Positions 12,559 to 23,900 of a stretch of 64,000 nt of DNA are shown here, piece after piece; the stretch's first letter is position 1, and each line of letters opens with the position of its first letter. The notes beneath the pieces were generated by a model. The model was not told where the DNA came from and ran no database searches. It saw only the letters and a list, made by a program, of their open reading frames with translations. Origin of the DNA: Macrostomum lignano (Eukaryota). A program made the translations under genes and the position numbers. Where the stretch lies: the NCBI GenBank assembly GCA_002269645.1, contig NIVC01001979.1:62001-126000 (forward strand), given 5' to 3'.

Positions 12559-13762
12559 TGCGAAAGTGTTCACTAAAATTCGACGTGTATGGCAATTGAT
12601 ACAAATTCTTAAAGGTACAATGGAGTTCTCGTAGTGGCCAGTTGGCTTTGTCTTGACTGTTAGCTAATAAAGTTAAGAAAAGCGTCGTCGTTTGCTGTTT
12701 TATGTTTCTAACTACGCCGGATTGCGCAAAGCAGCTAAAACATTAAGTACTAAAACAAAAACTGTAGGATAGAGCTAATAATTATTATTTAAACAAAAGA
12801 ATACTATTAATTTTAGCATATCTTACTATACTACTTTTTAGAGTTAAGTAAAAACGAAAACTATAGCTATATTTAGGAGTGTCAGTATTAATTTTAATAT
12901 TAACGTCAATTGCCAATTATGAATGTCGGGATCGAGGTCGTTACAAAACTTAAATTTCTGTTCTTTGCTATGCTGATGCTATGTTCGGCCCACTCCTAAA
13001 TGTAAAAAAACTTGTTTAAAATCCACTTCGAAATGAGCCGAATTTGAGGTTTTTAATATATTATTCTTTACCTGTAGAGTGTACATGCCAGGCTCCATGA
13101 AGTATTTGCTTGTGGTATTCTAAATAGTAAATTCAAATGTAATATCAAAAGGCTTCCATTTGCACATGCTCTCATTTTTTACCTATACTATATATTGTAT
13201 TATATTACCTATAATATTTTATAGTGCGTTGCTATAGAACTAGATATATAATCTATACGAATATCCTATAGCTTAATTAGTTTATTAATTAATTAAAAAT
13301 TGATAAAGATAATTAGATAAATAATCTAGAATCTACAACTGAAGGAAATATAGTTATTTTATCTTTAATTTTTTTTAAACTTAAGGTTTTTTACTTGATA
13401 AATGAATGCTTTGTAAAATTATCTCTTTTATAAAGCATTATAAATTTAATGCACTATCAAAATGCAATTTATGCACTGTTTGTCAAATCCAGCTATTTTA
13501 TATAAAGAAGTATAGTACAAATTGTTGGTGGAATAAAATTAATAAGCAATTTGTGCATAACGAATAGAAACTTCATATGAATTGTTATTTTGCTGCAATT
13601 AATATCAATGTTTAAATATTTTTAATGCTTTATATATATGCCATGTGGTTAGTTAAGCAAGTAGGTTGTTGCTAGTTGGCTTTTATTGTCTTTGTATTTT
13701 CGCAAAAGTATAAGCCATTCAAACATCAATCTATACTTATTCTATATTATAGCCACTTCGAC

Positions 13763-15137
13763 ATGACAACGGATATGCGGCTAGTGAAGAGTTTCTGGGA
13801 AGCTGTTGAGCAGTTGCTGCCAGATGAGGATGAACGGAACCGATTCCATAGCATGCTTCGAGAATACCGATCCAGCCTTGACTTAGAGCGCCTGCTGCGC
13901 GAGATGCGCCGTTTTGTCAACTCGCCCAGGCGTATCCCCCTCTACGAGGCTGTCAGACCACTGATCCCGCTTCGGCACCAGATCGCTTACGATGCCAGGG
14001 CATTGAGACCGCCATCGGATCGGCCGGCGCTGGTCCAGCTGCAGCGAAGCGGCGCCGCCAGTAGCGCTTTTGGCGAGCCGGAGCCCTACGGGTTCAGCGT
14101 ACGGGGCGGCGCCGAGCACGGCATCGGGTTTTACGTGACCTACGTTAGGCCGAGGTCGCACGCATGGGAGCAAGGGCTCATGCCGGGAGATGAACTGGTA
14201 AAATCACTTTAAGTTTAATTGTGGCGGCTTTGTTTTGTATTGCTCTTGGAAAATAAGGTGTGACATAATAGGGTAATTGTCTTATAATCTGTGATCATAT
14301 CTCATCACCTGTTCCATCCTATTAATTTCGAACTGATGACCTCAAATAATCCGGCGCCTCCAGGTCCGAGTTAACGGATTCCGCATCGATCGAGCGATCT
14401 CAGCCGAGCTGGCCGACCTGGTTCGCTCGCGCAACGATCTCAGCCTCCGGGTTCGTCGGGTCGGCCTCATCCCGAGGCGAATTGTGCCGGACGATCCGCT
14501 CAGCTGGGAGCACATCTCCCCAGAGCTGCTGAACACCCACCGGGACACCGTGCGGGTCTTCTTGAACGTCCGTGACGCCGGCGGCGTCGGCTGTTCAGTG
14601 GCCAGCGACGGTCCGCCTGACCGGCCCAACGGCGTCTTCATCCGGTCTGTGAAAGTCGGCTCGCCAGCGGAGCAAGTCGGCCTGGAGGTCGGCGACGAGC
14701 TGCTGGAGGCCAACGGTCAGCGCCTTTCCGGACTGCCGCACTCGGCCACGGTGGTGGCGTTGAAGGCGTCGCCGCACCTACTGCTGACTGTGCGCAAGGC
14801 CCGCCCGCTGCCTGACTATCCAACTGATGAGGACTCAGCTTTGGCCGGCTCCGCAGCCGCGGCCGCCTCCGTTTCACCCATATACGAGGAGGGAAGCTCC
14901 GGCTACGCCGAGCTGAACTCGGCTTCTTCGCCAACTGGAGGTCGTGGCAGCGGCGGCGGCGGCGGTGTCAGCAGCGTCGTCGGCGGCGGCTCAACTGTCA
15001 CCATCGACCTTCACAAGTCGCCACCTCCCGGCGGCCGGGTTACCCGCGGCGAATTCCAACTGGAGCGGCCGCATCCGGCGACCGCAGCCAGGCACGGTGA
15101 CACCTTCGAAGAGCAGGAGATCACTACGTACTTTTGA
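13763..15137 (+). CDS. USH1C: Harmonin (USH1C)-like PDZ scaffold, about 402 aa: harmonin-N domain + PDZ1 + PDZ2 + C-terminal PDZ-binding motif; exons 13763-14197 and 14364-15137
   Basis: RIPLYEAVRPLIPLRHQIAYD matches harmonin [34 protein letters not shown]...GDEL|VRVNG...VGLIP...PDDPLSW matches PDZ1 and its extension. GVGCSVASDGP...GLEVGDELLEANG matches PDZ2. Phase-0 GT-AG intron. Confidence 0.9.
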
Positions 15138-15828
15138 AGTTTGAAAAAATATCATTACTTTCGTTTTGCACCGGAAACTTTTTATAATTGATGCATTGCA
15201 GATGTGACTATCTATAGCTCGTAAACAGCTATTATGCAAAGTATAGTAAATTAGCAGCGAAGGGCTAATTTTAACTGTCAGCTGATGATGTCAGCTGATG
15301 ATGTCAGCTGATGTCAGCTGATGATGTCAGCAAATGGGTCAGTTGATAATTTCAGCTAACAAACTAATTTAAAGCGAAACTTTAACCTCAATAGTCTTGC
15401 TTCAAAAAAATCTAACGCAGGTCTCTAGCTAATCATTCCAGCAGCTGAACCGTCTGTTTTTTATATTTTAGAAGCCTTTCTCACTGAAGTTGTTTTCCAA
15501 TACAAGCACAGCTGCTCACACTAACAGTTAGTTTTCAAACATTATTTACATTCATGTAAAAATAACATGGTTAATAACTTGTAAAAGATAACTCAACAAC
15601 TTCTTAGCCTGTTTTACATTTATTTTATACATTCACTCCATCAATTTAAGCATATTTTTCACACGCTCTAGACTCCATTGTTTTAATCACAATGTCGGGT
15701 TTGTTTATTTCTGATGCTGGACATCCAATGCATAAAAATGAATTTACTATGATATTAATATAATAAGCCTATCTAGATTTGATGTGCTAAGGTGTCTGTT
15801 CTTTTGTTATTTTGCTGTCTGTTTTGAA

Positions 15829-16088
15829 AGGCGTTGTAGCCTAGTGGTTAAAGAGTTGGGTTGAAGGCCGGGGGTTCGATTCCCGATCCCACTGGAAGAA
15901 GTTGTGTCCTTGAGCGACACACTTAACTATGCATTGCTTCAGTTCACCCAGCTGTAAAATGGGTGCTAGCATTAGCTGGGGCACTTAAGGGTGGGTGTGG
16001 CGACCTCTCGATCCCCCCCCCCAGTCCTTGGACCGAACAGCCGTACGCAGCCTTTAGCTAGCTGTGGGTGTAATCAATTATTATTATC
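15829..16088 (+). mobile_element. tRNA-derived SINE with a CORE-like central domain
   Basis: A box GTAGCCTAGTGG, B box GGTTCGATTCC, then GTGTCCTTGAGCGACACACTTAAC...TCAGTTCACCCAGCTGTAAAATGGG, resembling the MIR/CORE consensus (GTGACCTTGGGCAAGTCACTTAAC...TCAGTTTCCTCATCTGTAAAATGGG); 3' (ATT)n tail. Confidence 0.8.
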
Positions 16089-17912
16089 TTTTCTTAAATT
16101 TGCATAAATCTCATTTGTATTAACTTTGAGTATTATTGTGAAGCACGATATTATCTAGTTCATTTTTTCAATATCATTATTTGCGCCATTCTAACATTTC
16201 ACATTTGAGTGCCTTTGCTGCGAGATAATTTATTTTGCGTGTAACTTTACTTTTCGTTTTCAAAATTCCATCATAACTTAGTTTTGATTTTTTAGACGTT
16301 AAGAAACAGCGGAATTTCAAATAGAGGTGGCGTATAGGAAGGAGTTCGATAGTTAATCAAAACAGAAAGTGCAAAACAAGTTTGTATCGCATACAAAAAG
16401 ATGAGGTTAGGAACATCGACAACTTGCAGCTTGCTTTCTGAATTTCACTTGCATAGGGGCATCCTAAACCTTTTAGAATAGCCTATAAGTCCATCTACTT
16501 AGTTTGATTCATTTAAGAATAAAATAGTCTATGGTCGCAAGTTAGGGGGGGGGGGCTTCGCATCCACACCACTATTCCGGGCCCACAATAGTGTAACTTC
16601 GGCATCAAATGCCTATGGTGCCATGTAAATTAGTTACGAGGGAGCCGAGGGAATAAAGGGGAGGAGGGACTGAGGAGAGTAGAGATTAAATAGGAGAGAA
16701 AAGAGAGAGAAAAGAAGGAGAGGAGACAAAAAAGTGAGAGGAGAGATGAGGAGAGGAGAGAAGAGGAGATTCGACAAGACAGCTAAGAATAGACACAAAC
16801 CTCGTGCGGGCCGGGCCGGATTGCTATAGCTAGTGAAGTTTAAGAGGACCCGAGAGCCGGATAAAGAGGCTTCGCAGGCCGCATGCGACCCTTTTGTCTA
16901 TGGCCATTGCTCATTTATGGCCCAACCTGTCTTTATTCTATAGGATTTCAACTGCGGATGTCCGTTTTCTAATTTAGCATGACAAAAGCATAAGCTTGGC
17001 TTAAGGGTTATCATATTGGTGCATTGAACATTTTAATCACGCCGAGTTTTGAACTGCCCAAAGGTAATCTTTTCCTGTGGGAGAGCCCCATGCAATATGG
17101 AGAATAGTCAATGGTGGACGTAGTAAAACATTGAGATTCTAACATGGATTCTTACTGCTTTCAAATCATTTTGTTGAATTTGTCTAATTTTAAATACCCC
17201 TTTGTGAATGTTTTTTTCAGTGAGAAAGTTGTACTTATTTCTAAAAAATTGAATTGTCCCTTTGGTACCATAAATAGATGTTGAAAAGGATTGATTTTGA
17301 AACCCGGGGTTTTCAGCAGATTTTTTACATTGTGAATGTTGTAAAATGTAATTTTGCGTTGCTGCAAAATATAATGCCTTTTTGAACGTAGCAGTTAATT
17401 TTACGTACACTCATAATACTAAAATTCAAAGAATTAACTACACAATTTATGATGTACCCAACTGTTCATATGCATTTTTTGGTGCTAAAGTTATTACCTA
17501 TTTCAGCATCAATCGTTTTCATTGATTAAGTAAGTCATAAGCGATTTATATTACGGCTTCAATGTATTAATTGTATATATATACAGGTACGGTTACTATT
17601 AGTAGCATACTTTGCAAGTAGGCCAAACGCGACGTAGAATCATGATACCCCCAAAAGTGGTATGGACTTATCGACCAGAGTTTGGGGTTGGTCGATGCGC
17701 ACTCGCTATTCAAATTAGCCCTCAACAAACCCCCCTTCCCTGTGCAGTCTATTTCATACCCTACTACAGCACAAGCCCTGCTTGAGTCGGCTTCTGCAAT
17801 ACACTGGCGTTGCGTTCACAATTCTAGGGGACTTAGCAGCAATTTTCATTCACAATTTCGAATCAAGCTGCTATTATAGCATGATATGCCATCGAACATT
17901 TGACTCTATGTA

Positions 17913-20900
17913 ATGAAAGAAGAGACGTGCTACTTGTGGATTAGCCAGCTGCCGCCCAACGTTACTCAGCAAACTTTGACGGATCTGTTTTCAAGGTAAT
18001 TTCTTGATTTTCATTATCACCTACTACAACTTAACGGTATATCTGCATTTAACAAGAATTTTTATATTAGGAGCTTAGTCATTTTATTGTTAAGATAAAT
18101 TAAGACTGGGAGTTTTCTAGTCTTATTGTCGATCCTTCTCTCGCTCCATAGTCAGGAAGGTGGCAGAGTGTGCGCCGGAACAAATTTTGGCCTCTCCCAA
18201 AATTGTGCGCCGTGCGCCGACACAAAAACCCTCGTGTGCGCTGTTGTGCGCCCGCCACTACCTGCCTTGCGACAATAAAAGACCTTTTTTTACAACATAG
18301 CAACATTTTTTGTGCGCCAATATACGGGACGGTTACGGGCTATCTATATTATATTATGAGAAATTGAGATCGTTAAACCGAAAATAGAAATTTAAAAAAT
18401 TTTTAATTTAATTTCTAATTTTTAAAACAAAACAAACATAAAAAGTAAGCAAATGGCAAAAACAAAGGTAAAAAGGAAAAGGAAAATATTTTATTTTATT
18501 TTTTATTTTTTGGTAGAATGCAGTGTTACATTAGATAGAACAGTGAATAGTGTACTGTAACAAGTAACGACTTACATCGTTACATGGGATCGCCACAAGG
18601 GTAACGCTGCATGTGGCGCGGCGCCTGCCGCGCCGCGCCGCCATGCGCCGATGTCCTCTGGTGTGCGCCGTTGTGCGCCGCTGTGTGCCAGTGCGCCGCT
18701 GTGCGCTGTTGTGGCGCGCCGCTGTGCGCCGTTGTGCACCGTTGTGTGCCCAAAAAGGGCTTGTGTGCGCCGGAATTTTCCGACCAAACTGCCACCTTCC
18801 TGACTATGGCTCTCGCTCAGGCTCAGTTCGTTGCCCATTGCCATTGGAATTTTAAGCTTGGGCAGTCACAACTCACAACAACAGTAATGGCATGCGTTTC
18901 CCTGGCACATTAAGTGGCTTGGCTTTAAGTTTAAATTAAATTTTTAAGTTACACTGCATTGTCTCATTAAATCTGACTTCAACTTTTGTCTATTATCTTC
19001 CGAATCTCGTTCTTCTCAGTTCAAACATCAAACACTTGATCAGCTCTCGACTTTGCAACTATGTCTTGCTTAGATCTAGTCATCTATATCAAACATTCCA
19101 GTCATAGCATAGCTCATAGGAGAGTTGTATAATGACCCAAGAATAAGAGACAAGGAAGTTAGGCAATACAAACAAATAAGCAAGTAAACTATAAGAGTAA
19201 TTTGTGTTAATTCATAGTTTATTAATTAGGTTACTAATACTAGCTAGGTCTAGTCATATGTCTAGCAAATGACAATTATTACTGGCTTGCAACTGAATAA
19301 TAAATATATATATATATATATATAAATAAATAACTTGACAATTGATACAGCCACAGCATAGGCTAAAGTTTAAGTACAAAGCCAAAAAGCTTAGCAAAAT
19401 TATTAATGTTTGTATTAACAAAATTTAATGTAGTTTTGTTCTTTTCATTGCAACAGTCTTTTTAATGCAATGGGTCTCCCTCCCTATAGTCTATCTATAA
19501 GTCTAATATCTATTGTATTATGTTTAAATAGTTGGATATTAGTCTACTCTATTGATCAAAGATTAAGATTGGGATCTGAAATATTTGTTCAAATCCTATG
19601 ATTTTGAAATCTAGTTTGGAATCTTATCATATCTTTAGCCTAGATGTGGTCTTTTATAGTTTTATTAATCTGAATTGGCTGAATTGGCCTAATATAGGCC
19701 TTTTCTTTGTTGATTGGTAGAATGTTTTGAATACAAAGCCAAAGTCAATAGATAGCATAAAATTGCAAATATAGAAAAACCCTTAGTCCTTATTTAAACT
19801 TTTTTTGCTATAGACTGCTGTGCTAGTTTGATTCAGTTCAGCTTTATCACTTCTTGAATGGAGTAAATTTATTTAGATAAATAGTTGATTTCATTTGAAC
19901 TGGTTGAGATTAAAATCTTTGACTTGTCAGTCTTGTCTCATCATCATCATCATCATCACAGTGGCCAAAGTTTATTTCAGGAACTTGGGCTTATGCCTCC
20001 TGCAGTTTGTCGCGTTTTTGTAACTAACTATACTTAATTAACCTTTTAGCTACGGCTGTGTCTTAGCTACTAAAATTCACGAGGCTGGCAATTTGCGCGG
20101 CGCAGTGCTGTCGTTTCCAGACGCAAAAGTGGCTGCTAAAGCCTGTGCAGCTCGGCATCTATTGAATGGTCATTCGCTAACTTCCGAACACTGCGATCAA
20201 TCTGGCGAACCTGGACTACAGCGTCTGAAGGATCTGGCCAGCGGCAAGTTTTCGGATAAGTAAGTCGGTGTATTCATGCTTTTAAAGAAAAGTTCGTGCT
20301 CCATAGTCTTTAAATAATGTAACTTTTAGACATCTTTACACATTTTTTAACATACAGGAGCTCTCTAGAAAATGGTTCAACAAGCGTCAATAACAACAAC
20401 AGTCCGCCAATCAGGTAAGAGAAATTGTACAAATAATTAAAGATCTTTTGTTAATTTATTAAGAAATTGCTACGCGTCCTTATCCTTATCGGGCTTGTGT
20501 CTAGTTGAACTCTCAGTTTGGGGTGTATGTACTGCAATTGTGTGTGTGCGTGAACTGCATGCATGCGTGCGTGTGCTTGCAGCCATGCTGCTACTCATTC
20601 GCTCCACTTTTTTCGTTTTCTGTGCTACGACTAAGTCAGAAGAGAACACTTGCAGTGGCACGATTTTTCTCTTGCCCCGCTGTGACGCTCTTGCCCAAAC
20701 CTTAAAGCCGTTTGGCCTTCCTCCCTTACCCTTTCCCTAGTTGTGAGTGAGCCTTGTGTGAGCTGCTTGCTTGTTTTGGTAAGGTTTGGCCTACTGGGCT
20801 ATCTCGGAGCTTACTCATTCTGCCCTCTGTCTATTTCCTTCTCTATCCCTCGCCACTGTTCGTTTCCTAACCAACAACCCCAACCCCTTCCTCTGCGCGT

Positions 20901-23900
20901 GGCGCGTGCGTGCGTACACAAAACAGCGGAGGGTGGGGTTGGCGCCCGGCGGTGAACAGAATAGAGAGGGAACGTTAATGAACGCGCGTGTTCGCGCATC
21001 GGTCGGGGGTTCTGGGGTTTATAGTGTGTTTTTGGCTGACTGACTGCAAGAGCTGGGTAAAGGGAGAGGGAGAGGCGGAAGGTTTGCATGAAAAGAACGG
21101 GTGGGGGGAGGTAGCAGACGTGGTGACCTGAAATTCATTCTTGCTTTGGCTTAGGCCGTAGTCAGCCGCACACCGCACTGTACAGGACAAGCCCAACCCT
21201 TTCATTTGCCTAGTCAGCAAAAGCTTGTGCTTCCACACCCTCCTGTGCAAGTCCTGGCGCGGGACGCGGCATATCGCCGCACTCTGCTTACTAAGCACAC
21301 AAGGTACCCCACTCTGGATCGATACTGGCATTGTCGATGGGACTGGACGGATCCTATTTCATCTTGCATAACTGATTAACCGGTTTTCTCTCTGCAACCC
21401 CTAATATAATTATTATTAAGCTATCTCTATTATACTTTTGGAGATTGTGCTCGCTCGTAGCAATCAAAATTGCTAATAATATCAGTACAATAGATATGAG
21501 GACATTTTTCAGATGCATATTCGATGCATGTTACTCTGAATATGATAGATGCAAACCTTTTCAAAATCGTCTTTCATTTTGCGTTTGATCAATTTCCATA
21601 GTTTATGTAATGTATTTGGTCCTATGCGAGTACATTTGATTCACAATTTTCCACATTGAATTACTGCATTGATAAGGCCTAGTCGTTCTACCTAAACACT
21701 AAATTGGGCTACAGAGTACATTAAGATAGCTATGAGCAATGTGCATATGTGAACGGGTTTGGTTCCTTTGCACATTGGGGTGAAGTATTGATTTTACCAT
21801 GGCCGTTCTTCCCTTTGCTTTGCTCTGCGCTGCGCTGCACTTGGGTGAGAGTGAGACTAGCCTGTCCTGGAGTGAATGAAGGCTAAAGAGGAAGCTGAGT
21901 GGGAAGGGGAGAGATTGGGAGCCAAGGGAAATAGGGGAGTGGAGTCGGGTAGGAACAGGAGAGACGAAAGGGACTCAGAGAGGAGACCGCTTTTTGCAAT
22001 CCCATCTGTGTATAGGCGCGCAGAGGTTTTACTCCGCCTGGCCCTTCGTTCTTCCCGCAGGACCCAAGTCGGCAAGCAGGACGGCAGCAAACTGAAAGTG
22101 CTTAAGGTCTGGAATTTTCCCGACCGTTCCTCTGGTAAGTGTTGATGAGTCGATGTTATAAATTTAAACAGACAGTACGTGTTTAAATCCACAGTTAGCA
22201 TTAGATTTTAGTTTCTAGTTTCTTCTGTATTCGGTTGTACACAAGACAACAACAAAAATTCTTGAACAGTACGAATCGCGTGCACGCACTAACTCGCTTT
22301 TCAAACCCTTTCTTAGTCTTGAAATTTTCACCTACACTATTCTAAAAGGCCCGAGAATTTCTTCTAGTAATATAATATGAGACCTAGAAAAATTGCGTGA
22401 TTTTGCTTCGAGACAAGCCCGATTGAATTAATTAATTCCGCTCTTACCCCGCCCGCGGCTTTATTAATGTCATTGCAGACGGCAGCATTCAAAACGGTCT
22501 GTTTCACGAGTACAGAAAAGTTGGCAAAGTGTCCAGCATTCAAGTGCGCGGCGAGAAAGACGACAGGCATGCGCTGATTGTCTTTAAGCGGGCTGAAGAC
22601 GCCGAGTCCGCTTACGAGCTCACCAAAAGCGGCAAGAGCTTCTTTGGCATGACGCTCAACGTTGAGCGGCTAGAATCGGCTGACGAAGCCGGCGAACAAG
22701 TCTTTGACGAGTTTCACCCGCGGGCGTCAAGGACTTTGCTAGTCAGCAATATTGAACCCGGCGTTCAAGAAGCCGACCTGCGGGAAAAACTTGCCGCCTA
22801 CGGCGCCATCCTGGTGAGTGTTTCTGCTGACTAATGCCCTGCATCCCTTTGTTTTTTATCTGACTTTTGATTGCAGAGTTGCTACGATTTACCTTGACTT
22901 TACTAAGCGTAGTTTTGCCTGTTTTGGTGTTTAGTGGGTTTAGATAAGCATAAAACGCCACCCCAAATTCTCTCCAGGACGTGGAACTAAAGTCTTCAAC
23001 AGATGGGCCAGCCAAGGCAACTGTGCAATTCTCAGACATCCGAGGCGCCGCGGCTGCCCTCCGTCAGTCAGCCGACCTGACCGTTGGCGGTCAGCGAGTC
23101 CGGCTCAGCTATCAAAAATCACAGCCAACCAACTGCGTGTGGCTGGCTAACCTGGCATCCACAGTGACAGAATCGCTACTAAGTAAAACTTTTGCCTGTC
23201 ACGGCCGTCTCAGAGACGTTTGCGTCAATTCGCACCGGCATTGCGCCCTGGTATTCTTTAACGAATTGGACGACGCACGCCGAGCCGTTGATGCAATGAA
23301 ATGCGCCAGTCTGCTTGGCCAACGATTGCTAGTTGACTTTGCTAGCCAGCCTTGTCAGAAGCACTTTGTTGACGAATTGGTCACGTCTGGCCAGTGCAGC
23401 GATTACAAGTAAGAGCTTTTTAATAATAATACCATCATTTTTACTGTAAATTTTGTTGGATCGGGTTAATCGCCAGGCGCCATCTCCAGCGCCTGACTAG
23501 GGTCCGTGGGTTCGATTCCCTGCATGGCCGCATTAATATGGGGCTGGTGCTAGTATGGTTAACAAAACAAGTTAGGGCCGCTGTACACCCTGTTTCACCT
23601 TGGTTTGCGGCAGTGCCCGTAGCCCCTCTCCACCCTGCAAACGAGCTGAGCCTAAATTTAAGTAACTAAGATTGCCATCCTCTGACCTCTTTTTGCCTTT
23701 GCGCCAGGCTTTTCGACCAGCTACTGGCACCCGAGCTTCACCGCGGCATCATTTCCAGTGCGAAGGCGGCGGCTCGTTATCGCGACATGATGCTAGAATA
23801 CGTGAAGGCAAGGAGTCACGGGAACTGGCGCAAAGTTCAAGACTGCGGGTATGTCAATTTTGTGTACTCTCGTTAAAGAACGATTTCGTCTACTCTTAAT

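Noticed and set aside
13228-13240. GTTGCTATAGAAC as an X-box upstream of harmonin
   Set aside because: It fails the stricter X-box consensus in one half-site; a single 13-mer in AT-rich DNA is weak evidence.
15829-23665. tRNA genes at the two GGTTCGATTCC motifs
   Set aside because: No cloverleaf with acceptor stem; the downstream bodies and tail indicate SINEs.
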